A stretch of 64,000 bases of DNA from Christensenellales bacterium (GTDB taxonomy: Bacteria; Bacillota; Clostridia; Christensenellales; CALWSW01), in NCBI GenBank assembly GCA_050945915.1, contig JBMNTV010000001.1, forward strand, positions 6,115 through 70,114. The letters run 5' to 3'. This document shows, piece by piece, positions 44,931-54,690 of the stretch. The notes beneath the pieces are model-generated. The model saw nothing but the letters and a program-made list of their open reading frames with translations, was not told the DNA's origin and did no database searches. Numbering within the stretch: position 1 is the first letter of the stretch; every line of letters begins with the position of its first letter. Made by a program: the position numbers and the translations under genes.

Positions 44931-45809
44931 ATGAATTGGAGACCACTGGGCGCGAAGATCCGCGCCGCGATCCGTTCGCTGGACAAACGGGAATGGCTGG
45001 TGTTTGGCGTGTTCGGAGCTGTCGTCCTCGCGATTCTCCTTGCTTTGATGCTGCAGCCCGGTCCGGATCCCTTTGAATCCGCGGAAATCGCAACGATTCT
45101 GGACCGCGGTGTACTCCGCGTCGGCGTCAGGGGAGACGTTCCCTCCTTCGGTTACGAGGATTCGGAGGGAAACCGCACAGGTCTCGAAGTTGACCTTGCC
45201 AACCTGCTTGCTGCCCACATTTTCGGGTCGCCGAACGCAGAGTTTTCCACCGTCAACTTCAATACCATGCCGGCAAAGCTGCGCAGAGCCCAGATCGACT
45301 GCTGCGTTGCCCTGGCGCAGACGGGGATGTCCACCTCTTTGGTGTATTCTGAACCGTATTACACCGACGCCGTCGCCATCATGGTGCTGGACTCCTCCCC
45401 CTATCAGTCCCCGGAGGATCTTGCTGGCCGGACCATCGGCTGCATCAACAGGGACGGGTCCAACATGCGCTATGTCGCCAGAAACGCCCTGTACGCCTTT
45501 GCGGCGATGCAGTCCCCCAAATGCACGGTGGTGGAGTACGCCAGCTCGGCGGATATGATCGCCGACCTTGCCAGCGGCAAACTCTCCGGCGTTTGCATGG
45601 AATACGCGCTGCTTTTCAGCTATTTTTCTGCCGACACGCATCGCATTCTGCCCCAGGCGATCGGAACGATCTCCTATTCCTTCGCCTTTCAACCCGAAAG
45701 CAAAGCCCTGGTGGAAATCGCCAACGAAATGCTCCGCAAGATCCGCGCGGACGGTACGCTGGACGCGCTGTTGCAACAATGGAACCTTGAGGATTATTCG
45801 AAAAAGTAA
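44931..45809 (+). CDS. Membrane-anchored family-3 solute-binding-domain protein
   Basis: N-terminal TM, then RGVLRVGVRGDVPSFGYEDSEGNRTGLEVDLA, typical of amino-acid SBPs. No partner permease or ATPase nearby. Confidence 0.78.
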   Translation: MNWRPLGAKIRAAIRSLDKREWLVFGVFGAVVLAILLALMLQPGPDPFESAEIATILDRGVLRVGVRGDVPSFGYEDSEGNRTGLEVDLANLLAAHIFGSPNAEFSTVNFNTMPAKLRRAQIDCCVALAQTGMSTSLVYSEPYYTDAVAIMVLDSSPYQSPEDLAGRTIGCINRDGSNMRYVARNALYAFAAMQSPKCTVVEYASSADMIADLASGKLSGVCMEYALLFSYFSADTHRILPQAIGTISYSFAFQPESKALVEIANEMLRKIRADGTLDALLQQWNLEDYSKK

Positions 45810-45862
45810 CCAAAAAGCAAACCCCCGCCCATGAATGAGCGGCGGTTTTTGCATTCAGTACA

Positions 45863-46288
45863 TCATGAATACCCTCTGAGTTCGTGAAGCATATCGCACA
45901 GTTCTTCGTTTTTCCGTATAAATTCCATCAAGAATGCTTCGGTAATATTGTACTGTCTGTGTTGCTTGTCTTTTGTGCGCAGTATTTGCTCGCCTGATTG
46001 AGAGGTAACTTGGAAACTATGCACGATTCTGTTTCGCATTTCTACTAGCTCAGAAAACATACCCGCTATGTCCATATCAGTTTTTTGGGAAATTGTATCC
46101 TTCACGATACCTTTCAGTGCGCCTGAATGTAGATCAATCAAACCGTGCCAGTTGTAGTTATCTCTAGAAATTTCTAAGACATTTTCGATGATAAAAGCGT
46201 TGTTTGAATTAAAAACGCAAATAGCGCTGCCCAACAATTCTCGATACTCCCTGGATGGCAACGATTGCCTGGTGTAGTATTCATACAT
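45863..46288 (-). CDS. Hypothetical protein with HEPN-like R-N-x3-H motif (AT-richer singleton)
   Basis: 141 aa from the ATG at 46288 (RBS GAGGTG 8 nt upstream). ELVEMRNRIVHSF in the C-terminal third. Predicted all-helical by eye. Family unassigned. Confidence 0.45.
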   Translation of the reverse strand: MYEYYTRQSLPSREYRELLGSAICVFNSNNAFIIENVLEISRDNYNWHGLIDLHSGALKGIVKDTISQKTDMDIAGMFSELVEMRNRIVHSFQVTSQSGEQILRTKDKQHRQYNITEAFLMEFIRKNEELCDMLHELRGYS

Positions 46289-46381
46289 CGGCACAACACC
46301 TCAATTATCGGTATTTGTTCCACATTTAGGTAACATCAAGCGCCCTTTCATCGGCTGCGCATAAACTCTAACGCGCTTTAA

Positions 46382-47260
46382 TCAGTCCATCAGCGCCTTG
46401 AACCCCTCGCCCCGGACTTCCGTCGCGTCGAGGAAGATCACAAAGGCGGCAGGGTCGCATTCCCGGACGATCTTCTGCACTGCCGCCAGCTCCGTCCTTC
46501 TGGAAACGGTCATGATCATCATCTTGTCCCTGCCGGTGTACCCGCCCCGGGCAAAAACCTGGGTCACGCCCTTTCCCATGTCCAGCGTCAGCCTGCGGAC
46601 GATGTCCTCCCCGTTTTCGGTGATGATGTAGACAATCTTCGCGTAATCCACGCCCTGAATAATGGCGTCGATCAACTTAGACGAGCAGAATATGGTGACG
46701 ATGGAGTAAAGGGCAACCTCAATTTCGCCGAAAACGAATACCGCGATCAGGACGACGGTGCCGTCCAGCACCAGCATCAGCGAGCCCAGGGACATGTGCG
46801 GCCGCTTCCGCTTCAGGATGAGCGTTAACAGGTCCACCCCGCCGGTGCTGATGTTCCTGGTAAAAAGCACGCCGATGCCAATTCCCATCAGCCCGCCGCC
46901 CATCACCGAAGAAAGCAAGATGTTGCCCGTATACTGAATGGGTAGAAGGGAGAACAGGTCGATAAAAATCGACAGCAACAGGGTGGCAATCCCCGTTTTG
47001 ACCAAAGGCTTGATGCCCAGCACCTTCAGCGCCAGCAGAAAAATCGGAACGTTGATGATCAGAGACATGACGCCCACGGGAATGGGGAGAAGGTGCGCGA
47101 TGGCGGTGGCAAGGCCGGAAACACCCCCGGGAGCGATATTGTTCGGCATCGTAAAGCTGGCGATTCCCAGCGCGGTCAGGCCAGAGCCGACGACGATGGC
47201 GGCTACGTCCGTAATCGCTGATTTTTTCGCGTTGATCTTTTCGAGTATTTTTATTTTCAT
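46382..47260 (-). CDS. YitT-family membrane protein (DUF2179 C-terminal domain)
   Basis: Start MKIKILEK. FTMPNNIAPGGVSGLATAIAHL motif. Confidence 0.87.
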   Translation of the reverse strand: MKIKILEKINAKKSAITDVAAIVVGSGLTALGIASFTMPNNIAPGGVSGLATAIAHLLPIPVGVMSLIINVPIFLLALKVLGIKPLVKTGIATLLLSIFIDLFSLLPIQYTGNILLSSVMGGGLMGIGIGVLFTRNISTGGVDLLTLILKRKRPHMSLGSLMLVLDGTVVLIAVFVFGEIEVALYSIVTIFCSSKLIDAIIQGVDYAKIVYIITENGEDIVRRLTLDMGKGVTQVFARGGYTGRDKMMIMTVSRRTELAAVQKIVRECDPAAFVIFLDATEVRGEGFKALMD

Positions 47261-47383
47261 GGCGATTTGCCCTCGTTGCTGAAAAATATCTTTTGTTCCA
47301 TGTTTTTTATCTGATATGCCTGCAGGCGCTTTTCGGCACATGCCATCAGCGGTACAGGCTGTTCCCTTTGCATTCAGTTTATC

Positions 47384-47896
47384 CTAACGCCAGAAATAAT
47401 CCGGATAAAACACCTGCAAAAGATCATAGGCGGCGTCCACAGCTTCGGCATGAGAGTAATCGAACTGTACCCCGCAGGAAGAAACGTATGCCCCATGCCT
47501 TTTTTCATAAGGGGCGCGCAGGGCATCCTCCCTATCGATCAGGCCGCGGTACCGCGAAAAATCGAATCTGTCGACGATCCGGTCAAGGGGCGTGTCCAAA
47601 AACACCACTGCCCCCGTCCTTTGCATTGACTCCAGAGCATCCGGAAACAGCGGAGCCTCCGCATAGCAGGCGACGATCTGCCAATCCCCCTTTGCCGCCG
47701 CTTCAAGGGCTGCCTTTGCCCTTTCCCGAAGGCCTTCGAGGCCTTCTTTGCTCAGGATGTCGGCAAGGGGCATCCCCGCTTCTCGCTCGATTTCACAGTT
47801 GATATCGACAAAGGGAATGCCCGCCATGCGGGCGAGTTCCCTGCCCACGCAGGTTTTTCCGCAGCCTTCCATCCCCGTAAGGTACAGGTTATTCAA
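47384..47896 (-). CDS. Shikimate-kinase-like P-loop protein
   Basis: In-frame TTG start (RBS AAGGAG) gives MNNLYLTGMEGCGKTCVGRELARMAGIPFVDINCEIE, an AroK-like layout. Lid and shikimate-site residues not verified. Confidence 0.55.
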   Translation of the reverse strand: MNNLYLTGMEGCGKTCVGRELARMAGIPFVDINCEIEREAGMPLADILSKEGLEGLRERAKAALEAAAKGDWQIVACYAEAPLFPDALESMQRTGAVVFLDTPLDRIVDRFDFSRYRGLIDREDALRAPYEKRHGAYVSSCGVQFDYSHAEAVDAAYDLLQVFYPDYFWR

Positions 47897-48174
47897 GCAC
47901 CGATCGCTCCTTTTTTGAACTGACTGACGAAGAAAGGCCGTTTTGACGGATCTTTCGCGGGTGGTCTTTCGCGCGTATTTTGCCAAAATATGGCATTCCC
48001 CCGCCAATTAGTAGGGGCAAAACCAACCATTCCTGGATTTTCGCCATGTAAACCATACCATCTGGCCTCCCCTGTTGGCAAGAAGCGCGTGGCGTTTTAG
48101 TCCCATGCGAATACATTGGTACTGTGCGGGCGGGCTTTGCCTCTACCTGTGCCATCAAATACGGAGGATATACT

Positions 48175-48951
48175 ATGGAACCGGTTTTGAAACTTGCGAA
48201 TGTATCGCTCGCTTATCATACTCCGTTGGGAGAGACCCTCGCCGTCAAAAACCTCGATTTTTCTGTTGACGAAGGCGAATTCGTTGCCATTGTCGGGCCT
48301 TCCGGCTGCGGAAAGTCCACGCTTTTGTCCATGGTGGCCGGGCTTTTGCCGCCAGAGGAAGGGCAGATATTTCTTCGTGGTAAGCCAATTACCGGTGTAA
48401 GCACGGATGTTGGATATATGCTCCAGCGCGATCATCTATTTGAATGGCGCACGATCTGGCAGAACGTGATGCTGGGATTGAACGTGCGCGGAATCAACGA
48501 TGAAAGGAAAGATCACGCCCTGGAGCTGTTGAAAACCTATGGCCTATATGAGTTCAGAAACGCCCGCCCCAGCGAGCTTTCTGGTGGAATGCGCCAGCGC
48601 GTGGCGCTGTTACGCACCCTTGCCATCGATCCGCAAATCCTGCTTCTCGATGAACCCTTCTCCTCCCTGGACTACCAGACGAGGCTGCACCTTGCGGACG
48701 AGATCTGCGAGATCATACGGCGCGAAAAAAAGACCGCTTTGTTTGTCACCCACGACATTGCAGAAGCGGTGAGTATCGCGGACAGAATCATCGTGCTTTC
48801 CGGCAGGCCTGCCTTCCTGAAGAAGGACATTCCGGTGGGGCTTCCCGTCATCAGGCCGCTATTGAGAAGGAATCTGCCTGAGTTCCGCACGTATTTCGAC
48901 ACCATCTGGAAGGAGCTGGACGACAATGCCGGACAAGAAACATTCTCCTAA
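48175..48951 (+). CDS. ABC transporter ATPase, NitT/TauT (SsuB-like) type
   Basis: RBS GGAGGA 6 nt upstream. GPSGCGKSTLL, LSGGMRQRVALLRTL. Confidence 0.9.
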   Translation: MEPVLKLANVSLAYHTPLGETLAVKNLDFSVDEGEFVAIVGPSGCGKSTLLSMVAGLLPPEEGQIFLRGKPITGVSTDVGYMLQRDHLFEWRTIWQNVMLGLNVRGINDERKDHALELLKTYGLYEFRNARPSELSGGMRQRVALLRTLAIDPQILLLDEPFSSLDYQTRLHLADEICEIIRREKKTALFVTHDIAEAVSIADRIIVLSGRPAFLKKDIPVGLPVIRPLLRRNLPEFRTYFDTIWKELDDNAGQETFS

Positions 48952-49735
48952 GCACCAAAAATATCTTGCCAGATTACAGCGAGACAGGCTGATCATCCGC
49001 CTGTCCCGCGTTTTGGTACTGGTCCTTCTGATCGGGCTTTGGGAGCTCGCCACGGTTTTAGGTGTGCTGGATGCGTTTATTTTCAGTTCGCCCAGCCGCA
49101 TCGCTGCGACGATTGCGAGGCTCTGGACCAACGGGAACTTGCTGCTTCATGTGGGGACCACGCTTCTGGAAACGGTTTTGGGCTTTTTGATCGGCACCGG
49201 GCTGGGCGTGTTTTTCGCCATTTTGCTCTGGTGGTTCCCCAGAGCCGCTCAGGTGGCAGACCCGTATCTGGTCATACTCAACTCGCTGCCGAAAATCGCC
49301 CTGGGTCCCGTGTTGATCGTCTGGATGGGCACCGGGATGCCCGCGATCATCACCATCGCCGTACTGGTCAGCGTCATCGTGGCCATCACCAGCGTGCATA
49401 CCGGCTTTATGGAGGTCGATCCCGAAAAACTCCTTCTTTTGCGTTCCCTCGGAGCCAATAAGTTTCAGGTGCTGACCATGGTCATCCTGCCCGCCAGCGT
49501 ACCCATCATGGTTTCCGCGCTGAAACTGTCCGTAGGCATGAGCTGGGTGGGCGTCATCGTCGGCGAGTTCCTGGTTTCCAGGGCGGGGCTTGGTTACCTG
49601 ATCGTTTATGGCGGCCAGGTCTTCCAGCTGGACATCGTCATGGCGGGCGTCGTCATCCTCTGCGTGCTGGCTGGGGTGATGTATTACGGTGTCGCCAAAT
49701 TTGAACAGTACATCACCAGAAAAAGTCACGCATAA
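48926..49735 (+). CDS. ABC transporter permease, NitT/TauT (SsuC-like) type
   Basis: 269 aa, 6 TM segments, LPKIALGPVLIVWMG EAA-like region. Overlaps the ATPase gene by 26 nt. Confidence 0.87.
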   Translation: MPDKKHSPKHQKYLARLQRDRLIIRLSRVLVLVLLIGLWELATVLGVLDAFIFSSPSRIAATIARLWTNGNLLLHVGTTLLETVLGFLIGTGLGVFFAILLWWFPRAAQVADPYLVILNSLPKIALGPVLIVWMGTGMPAIITIAVLVSVIVAITSVHTGFMEVDPEKLLLLRSLGANKFQVLTMVILPASVPIMVSALKLSVGMSWVGVIVGEFLVSRAGLGYLIVYGGQVFQLDIVMAGVVILCVLAGVMYYGVAKFEQYITRKSHA

Positions 49736-49758
49736 ATAAAAACAGGCAACAGCCGACC

Positions 49759-49787
49759 GGCGCAAGGAAACTTGCGCCGCTTTTTTT
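49759..49787 (+). terminator. Intrinsic terminator after the permease
   Basis: GGCGCAAG-gaaa-CTTGCGCC-GC-TTTTTTT. Confidence 0.85.
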
Positions 49788-49897
49788 GCGCCGTTTTCTA
49801 CCTGTGGTTAAAAAAATATTGTACTGAATGTAAAGTTGGTATATGGTCACAGAATCGCCCATCTGTTACAATGAGTAAAAAGTTGAGGGTGACGGTT

Positions 49898-51016
49898 GTG
49901 CGGCTAAAACTGAACGAAAACATCCGGCAGTATCGCAAGCAGCGCGGCATGACCCAGGAGCAGCTCGCGGAAGCCATGGGGGTTTCGGTGGGCGCGGTCT
50001 CCAAATGGGAAACCGGACAAACGAATCCGGAGCTTGGCTTGATCGCCCAGCTTGCGGATTTTTTCGGGGTCTCCATTGACGTGCTTTTGGGGTACGTCCT
50101 CAAGTCCAACAATCGGGAAAACACCATCCAGCACATCAAGCGACTGAACCTGGAAAAACGGTTCGACGAAGCCCCCGCAGAAATCGCAAAAGCCCTGCAG
50201 AAGTATCCCAACTGCTTCGAGGTGGTCTATCACTCCGGCATTCTGCTCTCGAACTTGAGCCTGGAAAAGAACGATCCCGCGGCGCTCAACAAGGCCCTGG
50301 AACTGTTTGAACGTTCCTGCGAGCTGATCGATCAAAACGCCGATCCCGAAATCAGCTTAAGCACGATCCAAAACAGGATCGCCATGATTTACGCCAACAG
50401 GGATCAGTTCGACAAAGCCATCGAGCTGATGCGCAAAAACAACGCCAGCGGCGTCAACAACGCGTGGATTGGCTATTATCTGACGCACCAGGGCAAGTAT
50501 GAAGAAGCCCTGCCCATCCTGTCCGAAAGCCTGGTGGACTCCATCGTCAATCTGTATATCAGCACCGCCGGCATGACAACCAGCCTGGCCAATCAAGGAT
50601 CCATCGATGAGGCTATCGACGTGACGGATTGGATGATCGACGTTTTGCAGGGTTTGGAACCTCCGAACAGGGCCACTTATGTGAAAAAAATGATCGTCTG
50701 CCTGCGAACCATCAAGGCGATGATCTGTTTTTCCGACCAGCGGGAGGATCTTGCCAGGGAGTATCTGAAACAGGCAGAAGAAAAGGCAAAACAGTTTGAC
50801 GAAAACCCGGATTTCAGCTGCTACGGCATCCGTTTCTACCACGGGACGGACCACACCCTGTACGACAATGCCGGTGAGACCGCGCTTGAGGCCATCGAGC
50901 GGATCATCACCACCTACGACGACGCGAAAGTGCGGGAAGCACTTTTGAAAATCTGGAAGGACGATCGAGGAGAACTGCATGAACAAGACGAAAAAGCCCC
51001 TGATTCGGCTGATTGA
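49898..51016 (+). CDS. XRE-family HTH regulator with long TPR-like C-terminal domain
   Basis: GTG start (RBS GAGGGTGA 5 nt upstream) gives MRLKLNENIRQYRKQRGMTQEQLAEAMGVSVGAVSKWETG, followed by about 300 aa of helical-repeat sequence. A TACAAT -10 overlapping the upstream ATG at 49871 argues against that start. Confidence 0.8.
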   Translation: MRLKLNENIRQYRKQRGMTQEQLAEAMGVSVGAVSKWETGQTNPELGLIAQLADFFGVSIDVLLGYVLKSNNRENTIQHIKRLNLEKRFDEAPAEIAKALQKYPNCFEVVYHSGILLSNLSLEKNDPAALNKALELFERSCELIDQNADPEISLSTIQNRIAMIYANRDQFDKAIELMRKNNASGVNNAWIGYYLTHQGKYEEALPILSESLVDSIVNLYISTAGMTTSLANQGSIDEAIDVTDWMIDVLQGLEPPNRATYVKKMIVCLRTIKAMICFSDQREDLAREYLKQAEEKAKQFDENPDFSCYGIRFYHGTDHTLYDNAGETALEAIERIITTYDDAKVREALLKIWKDDRGELHEQDEKAPDSAD

Positions 51017-52769
51017 AAACATCCGGGCAAACGACCCCGGCATTTTCCGGATGTGCACCCTTTACACCTTTGTCACCCTGTGCGTTCCCCTGTTTTCCGT
51101 ACTGCTTCCCAAGGTTCTCATCGGGTATCTGACAGGAGACTCCCCCACCCTTGACGCGATCTTGGTCATTGTTTGCGCCTTCTTTGTCGTGGGCGCGGTC
51201 TTTTATTTTTTGAAGCAGTGGATCAACGACTGCACCTATTGCCGCTTGACCGCATTGCGCATCGACTATGTGCGGGACATGGCGGTAAAGCTGCTGCGCA
51301 TGGACTACAAATACATGGAATCCGCCCGATTCTTCGACGAACGCACCAGCGCTTTTGAATCCACCAGCGGCAATCAAAACGGCGTGGAGGGCATCTATCA
51401 CAAGCTCTTCGAGCTTCCGCAGCTTGGCCTGACTGTGCTTTTGCTTTCGGTGTTCATCGGGCTGGTCAGCCTGCCGGTGCTTGTCGCCCTCATCATCAAC
51501 GCAGCCGCCACAACCTTTGTGGCCATCGCCGTACAAAAATACCAGTACGCACGAAAGGAAGAGCTGACGAAACAGGAGCGCAGGGTTTCTTATTATTCCC
51601 GGGCGGCGAAGGACTTCTCCTATGGGAAGGATGTTCGGGTTTACGATTTAAAAGCGCGGATCCTTTCCAATTTCAAGGTGCAGATCAAGGGCTATTCCGA
51701 CGTGTTCCGCGCCATCAAAAACAGGGAGTACGCCCTGGGCTTCCTCACCCTGGCGACGCTTCTGGTCTCCGACGCCGCAACCTACGGATTCCTGACCTGG
51801 CTGACGGTGAAGGGCATGTCCATCGCGGATTTTTCCATGTATGTCATCGCGGCATCCACCCTTTCCATCCAGATGAAGGCTCTTTCCGAAAACATCACCT
51901 TCATCATGCAGGAATACATGTACGTCCGGGATTTCTTTGCGTATCTGGATGAAGAGCTGGGCGAAAGCGGTGGCGATCTGCCTGCCCTTCCCGCGCATAT
52001 CCCGCTGGAAATCGAATTTGAAAACGTCACCTTCCGCTATCCGGGGACGGATAAAAACATTTTTGAAAACTTTTTGCTTCATATCCCCGCCGGGCAAAAG
52101 CTGGCCCTGGTGGGCATCAACGGCGCAGGGAAGACCACTTTCGTCAAACTGCTGACCGGGCTTTTCAATGTGGATGCCGGCCGCATCCTGATCAACGGAA
52201 AAGACGTCAACGCCTATCGAAAGTCCGAGCTTTTCCGAATGTTTGCCGCAGTCTTTCAGGATGTGAACATCCTTGCCTTTACCATAGCGCAAAACATCGC
52301 CTGCAAGCTCGAAGGCATCGATTACCGCAAGGTGGAAGATGTCCTTAAACAGGTCGGCCTTTATGAAAAGGTTATGAGCCTTCCAAAGGGCATGGACACC
52401 ATGATGCTGCGCATCATCGACGAGGACGGCGCCGTGTTCTCCGGCGGCGAAAGCCAAAAGCTCGCCATCGCCCGGGCTTTATACAAGGGCGGCAACTGCG
52501 TCATCATGGACGAGCCCACCGCCGCTTTGGACGCTTTGGCGGAAGCGGAGATCTATTCCGAGTTCGACGCGCTGACCAAAGGCAAGACCGCCATTTACAT
52601 TTCCCACCGGCTGGCATCCACCCGTTTTTGCGACAAGATCGCCCTGATCGACGGAACGGGGCTGGTGGAGTACGGCAGCCACGAAGAGCTGATGCAACGC
52701 GGCGGAGCTTACCGGGACATGTTCGTCACCCAGGGAAAATACTATCAGGAAAGCGGGAAAGCAGGATGA
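50979..52769 (+). CDS. ABC exporter, fused TMD-NBD half transporter (subunit 1)
   Basis: 596 aa. GINGAGKTT, FSGGESQKLAIARAL. Overlaps the regulator gene by 38 nt. Confidence 0.9.
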   Translation: MNKTKKPLIRLIENIRANDPGIFRMCTLYTFVTLCVPLFSVLLPKVLIGYLTGDSPTLDAILVIVCAFFVVGAVFYFLKQWINDCTYCRLTALRIDYVRDMAVKLLRMDYKYMESARFFDERTSAFESTSGNQNGVEGIYHKLFELPQLGLTVLLLSVFIGLVSLPVLVALIINAAATTFVAIAVQKYQYARKEELTKQERRVSYYSRAAKDFSYGKDVRVYDLKARILSNFKVQIKGYSDVFRAIKNREYALGFLTLATLLVSDAATYGFLTWLTVKGMSIADFSMYVIAASTLSIQMKALSENITFIMQEYMYVRDFFAYLDEELGESGGDLPALPAHIPLEIEFENVTFRYPGTDKNIFENFLLHIPAGQKLALVGINGAGKTTFVKLLTGLFNVDAGRILINGKDVNAYRKSELFRMFAAVFQDVNILAFTIAQNIACKLEGIDYRKVEDVLKQVGLYEKVMSLPKGMDTMMLRIIDEDGAVFSGGESQKLAIARALYKGGNCVIMDEPTAALDALAEAEIYSEFDALTKGKTAIYISHRLASTRFCDKIALIDGTGLVEYGSHEELMQRGGAYRDMFVTQGKYYQESGKAG

Positions 52770-54538
52770 AGAATTTCAATAAATCCGCCATGGTATTCAA
52801 GCTGGTTTGGGAGATCAGCCCGTCTTACTTCTTTTTGCTGCTTTTCAACTCCCTTTCCTATTCCGGCCAGATTCTTTCAAACATCATATTCCCCAAATTC
52901 CTGATCGACGGGCTGATGAGCGGCCAACCCTTTGAATCCCTGGTGTTTTGGGTGGCTGCCATCGCCGGGAGCAACCCCCTGTTTACCTTCTTGACCAAGA
53001 CCGCCAAGCGTCTGTTGGACGTTCGGGAAAAAACGGTGTTTTGGGAGATCGAGCGCGCTTTTGCGAAGAAGATCATGTCCGTCGAGTACCGCCATCTGGA
53101 GGACCCGCGTTTTCTCGATCTGAAAGAGCGCGCTTCCTTTGCGATGCAGAACCAGAGCGCGGTCTCCAACCTGGTCAGCAACACCGTGACTTTCCTGAAC
53201 CAACTGATTACCGTTTCCGGGCTGGTGGCCATCATGATGCGCCTCTCCTGGGTTCTGGTTGCAGCGCTACTCGTTACCGTGGGCGTCATGCTGGTCATTC
53301 AGGCTTCGTTTTCCAAGTACCAGCAGCAGTTCTTTAAGGACGTGTTGCCGGTCAACAGAAAATACGGCTATTACGTCAACCTGACCTTCGAGAAAACCTG
53401 CCACAAGGATTTCCGCCTGTACGACATGGGCCCCATGATTGGCGATACCATCACCGCCTACAACAAAACCATCACCCAGTGGTTCGGCGGGTTCCACAGG
53501 AAGATGGGATTATTCCTGGGCCTGTTCCAGGTGGTGGTGGTGCTGCAGACCGCCCTGGCCTACGGATACGTCGGCGCCCGCACCTTGGGCGGCTGCATCG
53601 GCATCGGCGATCTGACCATGTATGTTTCCTCTGCCATCAGCTTTTCCTCAGCGGTCATCTCCCTGGGCACCGCCATCGTCATGATCCTTCAGATGCTCGG
53701 GTATCTTGAGCCCTTCTTCGAGCTGATGAGCGTACCGGATGAGGCGAGCACCACGGGCAGCAAAAAGCTGGACAAAGTGCGCTCCATCTGCTTTGAAAAC
53801 GTCACCTTTGCCTACCCCAAGACCGACAAAAAGGTGCTGGATGGCATCTCCTTCGACATCCACGCGGGCGAAAAGATCAGCATCGTCGGCTTAAACGGCG
53901 CAGGGAAAAGCACCATCGTCAAGCTGCTCTGCAGGCTTTACAGGCCGGATTCCGGTAGGATCCTCATCAATGGGACGGAGATTTTCGAATTCGACCAGGA
54001 ATCCTACCTTGCCGGCATCGCCGCAGTGTTTCAGGACTTCAAGCTGTTCAACTTCTCCATTCAGGAGAATATTACAACAAAGCCCGTGGGGGTGGACAGC
54101 GAAAAAGTGGACCGTATCCTTGACGAAGTGGGCATCGCCGAAAAAGTCAATTCCCTGCCCAAGGGCATGGAAACGCTCTTTGGCAAGGAGTACGACGAGG
54201 AGGGCGTCGAGTTCTCCGGCGGCCAGTCCCAAAAAATCGCCATCACCAGAGCGCTCTATAAAGACGCTTCCCTGGTGATTCTGGACGAGCCCACCTCTGC
54301 CCTGGACCCCATCGCAGAAGCGGAGATTTATGAAAGCTTCAACCAGATGGTGGGGGATAAAACCGCCATCTATATTTCCCACCGCATGTCCTCCAGCGTG
54401 TTCTGCGACAGGATCCTGGTGGTGAATGACGGAAAAATTGAGGCCTTTGGCCCCCACGGGCAGCTGATGCAGGATGAAGACGGCCTTTACGCGAAGCTGT
54501 TCGCCTCCCAGGCGGAAAACTACAAGATGAGCCAATAA
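52766..54538 (+). CDS. ABC exporter, fused TMD-NBD half transporter (subunit 2)
   Basis: Start MKNFNKSAMV with an ATGA overlap to subunit 1. GLNGAGKST, FSGGQSQKIAITRAL. Confidence 0.9.
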   Translation: MKNFNKSAMVFKLVWEISPSYFFLLLFNSLSYSGQILSNIIFPKFLIDGLMSGQPFESLVFWVAAIAGSNPLFTFLTKTAKRLLDVREKTVFWEIERAFAKKIMSVEYRHLEDPRFLDLKERASFAMQNQSAVSNLVSNTVTFLNQLITVSGLVAIMMRLSWVLVAALLVTVGVMLVIQASFSKYQQQFFKDVLPVNRKYGYYVNLTFEKTCHKDFRLYDMGPMIGDTITAYNKTITQWFGGFHRKMGLFLGLFQVVVVLQTALAYGYVGARTLGGCIGIGDLTMYVSSAISFSSAVISLGTAIVMILQMLGYLEPFFELMSVPDEASTTGSKKLDKVRSICFENVTFAYPKTDKKVLDGISFDIHAGEKISIVGLNGAGKSTIVKLLCRLYRPDSGRILINGTEIFEFDQESYLAGIAAVFQDFKLFNFSIQENITTKPVGVDSEKVDRILDEVGIAEKVNSLPKGMETLFGKEYDEEGVEFSGGQSQKIAITRALYKDASLVILDEPTSALDPIAEAEIYESFNQMVGDKTAIYISHRMSSSVFCDRILVVNDGKIEAFGPHGQLMQDEDGLYAKLFASQAENYKMSQ

Positions 54539-54543
54539 AGCCG

Positions 54544-54583
54544 AAAAACCGGCGAGGGGTTCAATTCCCTTTGGCCGGTTTTT
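54544..54583 (+). terminator. Intrinsic terminator after the exporter operon
   Basis: ACCGGCGAGGG...CCCTTTGGCCGGT-TTTT. Confidence 0.75.
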
Positions 54584-54638
54584 CATTGTTGCGCGATCCA
54601 TGCGCCATAAAGCAGCAGGGCATGCCCTTGCTCCAGGC

Positions 54639-54669
54639 AAAAACGGCGGGACCATCGTCCCGCCGTTTT
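54639..54669. terminator. Bidirectional terminator serving the SEC-C-motif gene
   Basis: AAAAACGGCGGGAC-catc-GTCCCGCCGTTTT. Confidence 0.85.
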
Positions 54670-54690
54670 GTGCGAATACTCGTTTACGAA

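Noticed and set aside
47950-48174. T-box or TPP riboswitch in front of the SBP-less ABC transporter
   Set aside because: CGCGGGTGGTCTTTCGCGCG resembles the T-box GGGTGGTACCGCG only partly and sits about 200 nt from the start, with no terminator/antiterminator pair. No CUGAGA or ACCUGAUCUGGAUAAUGCCAGCG TPP core was found.
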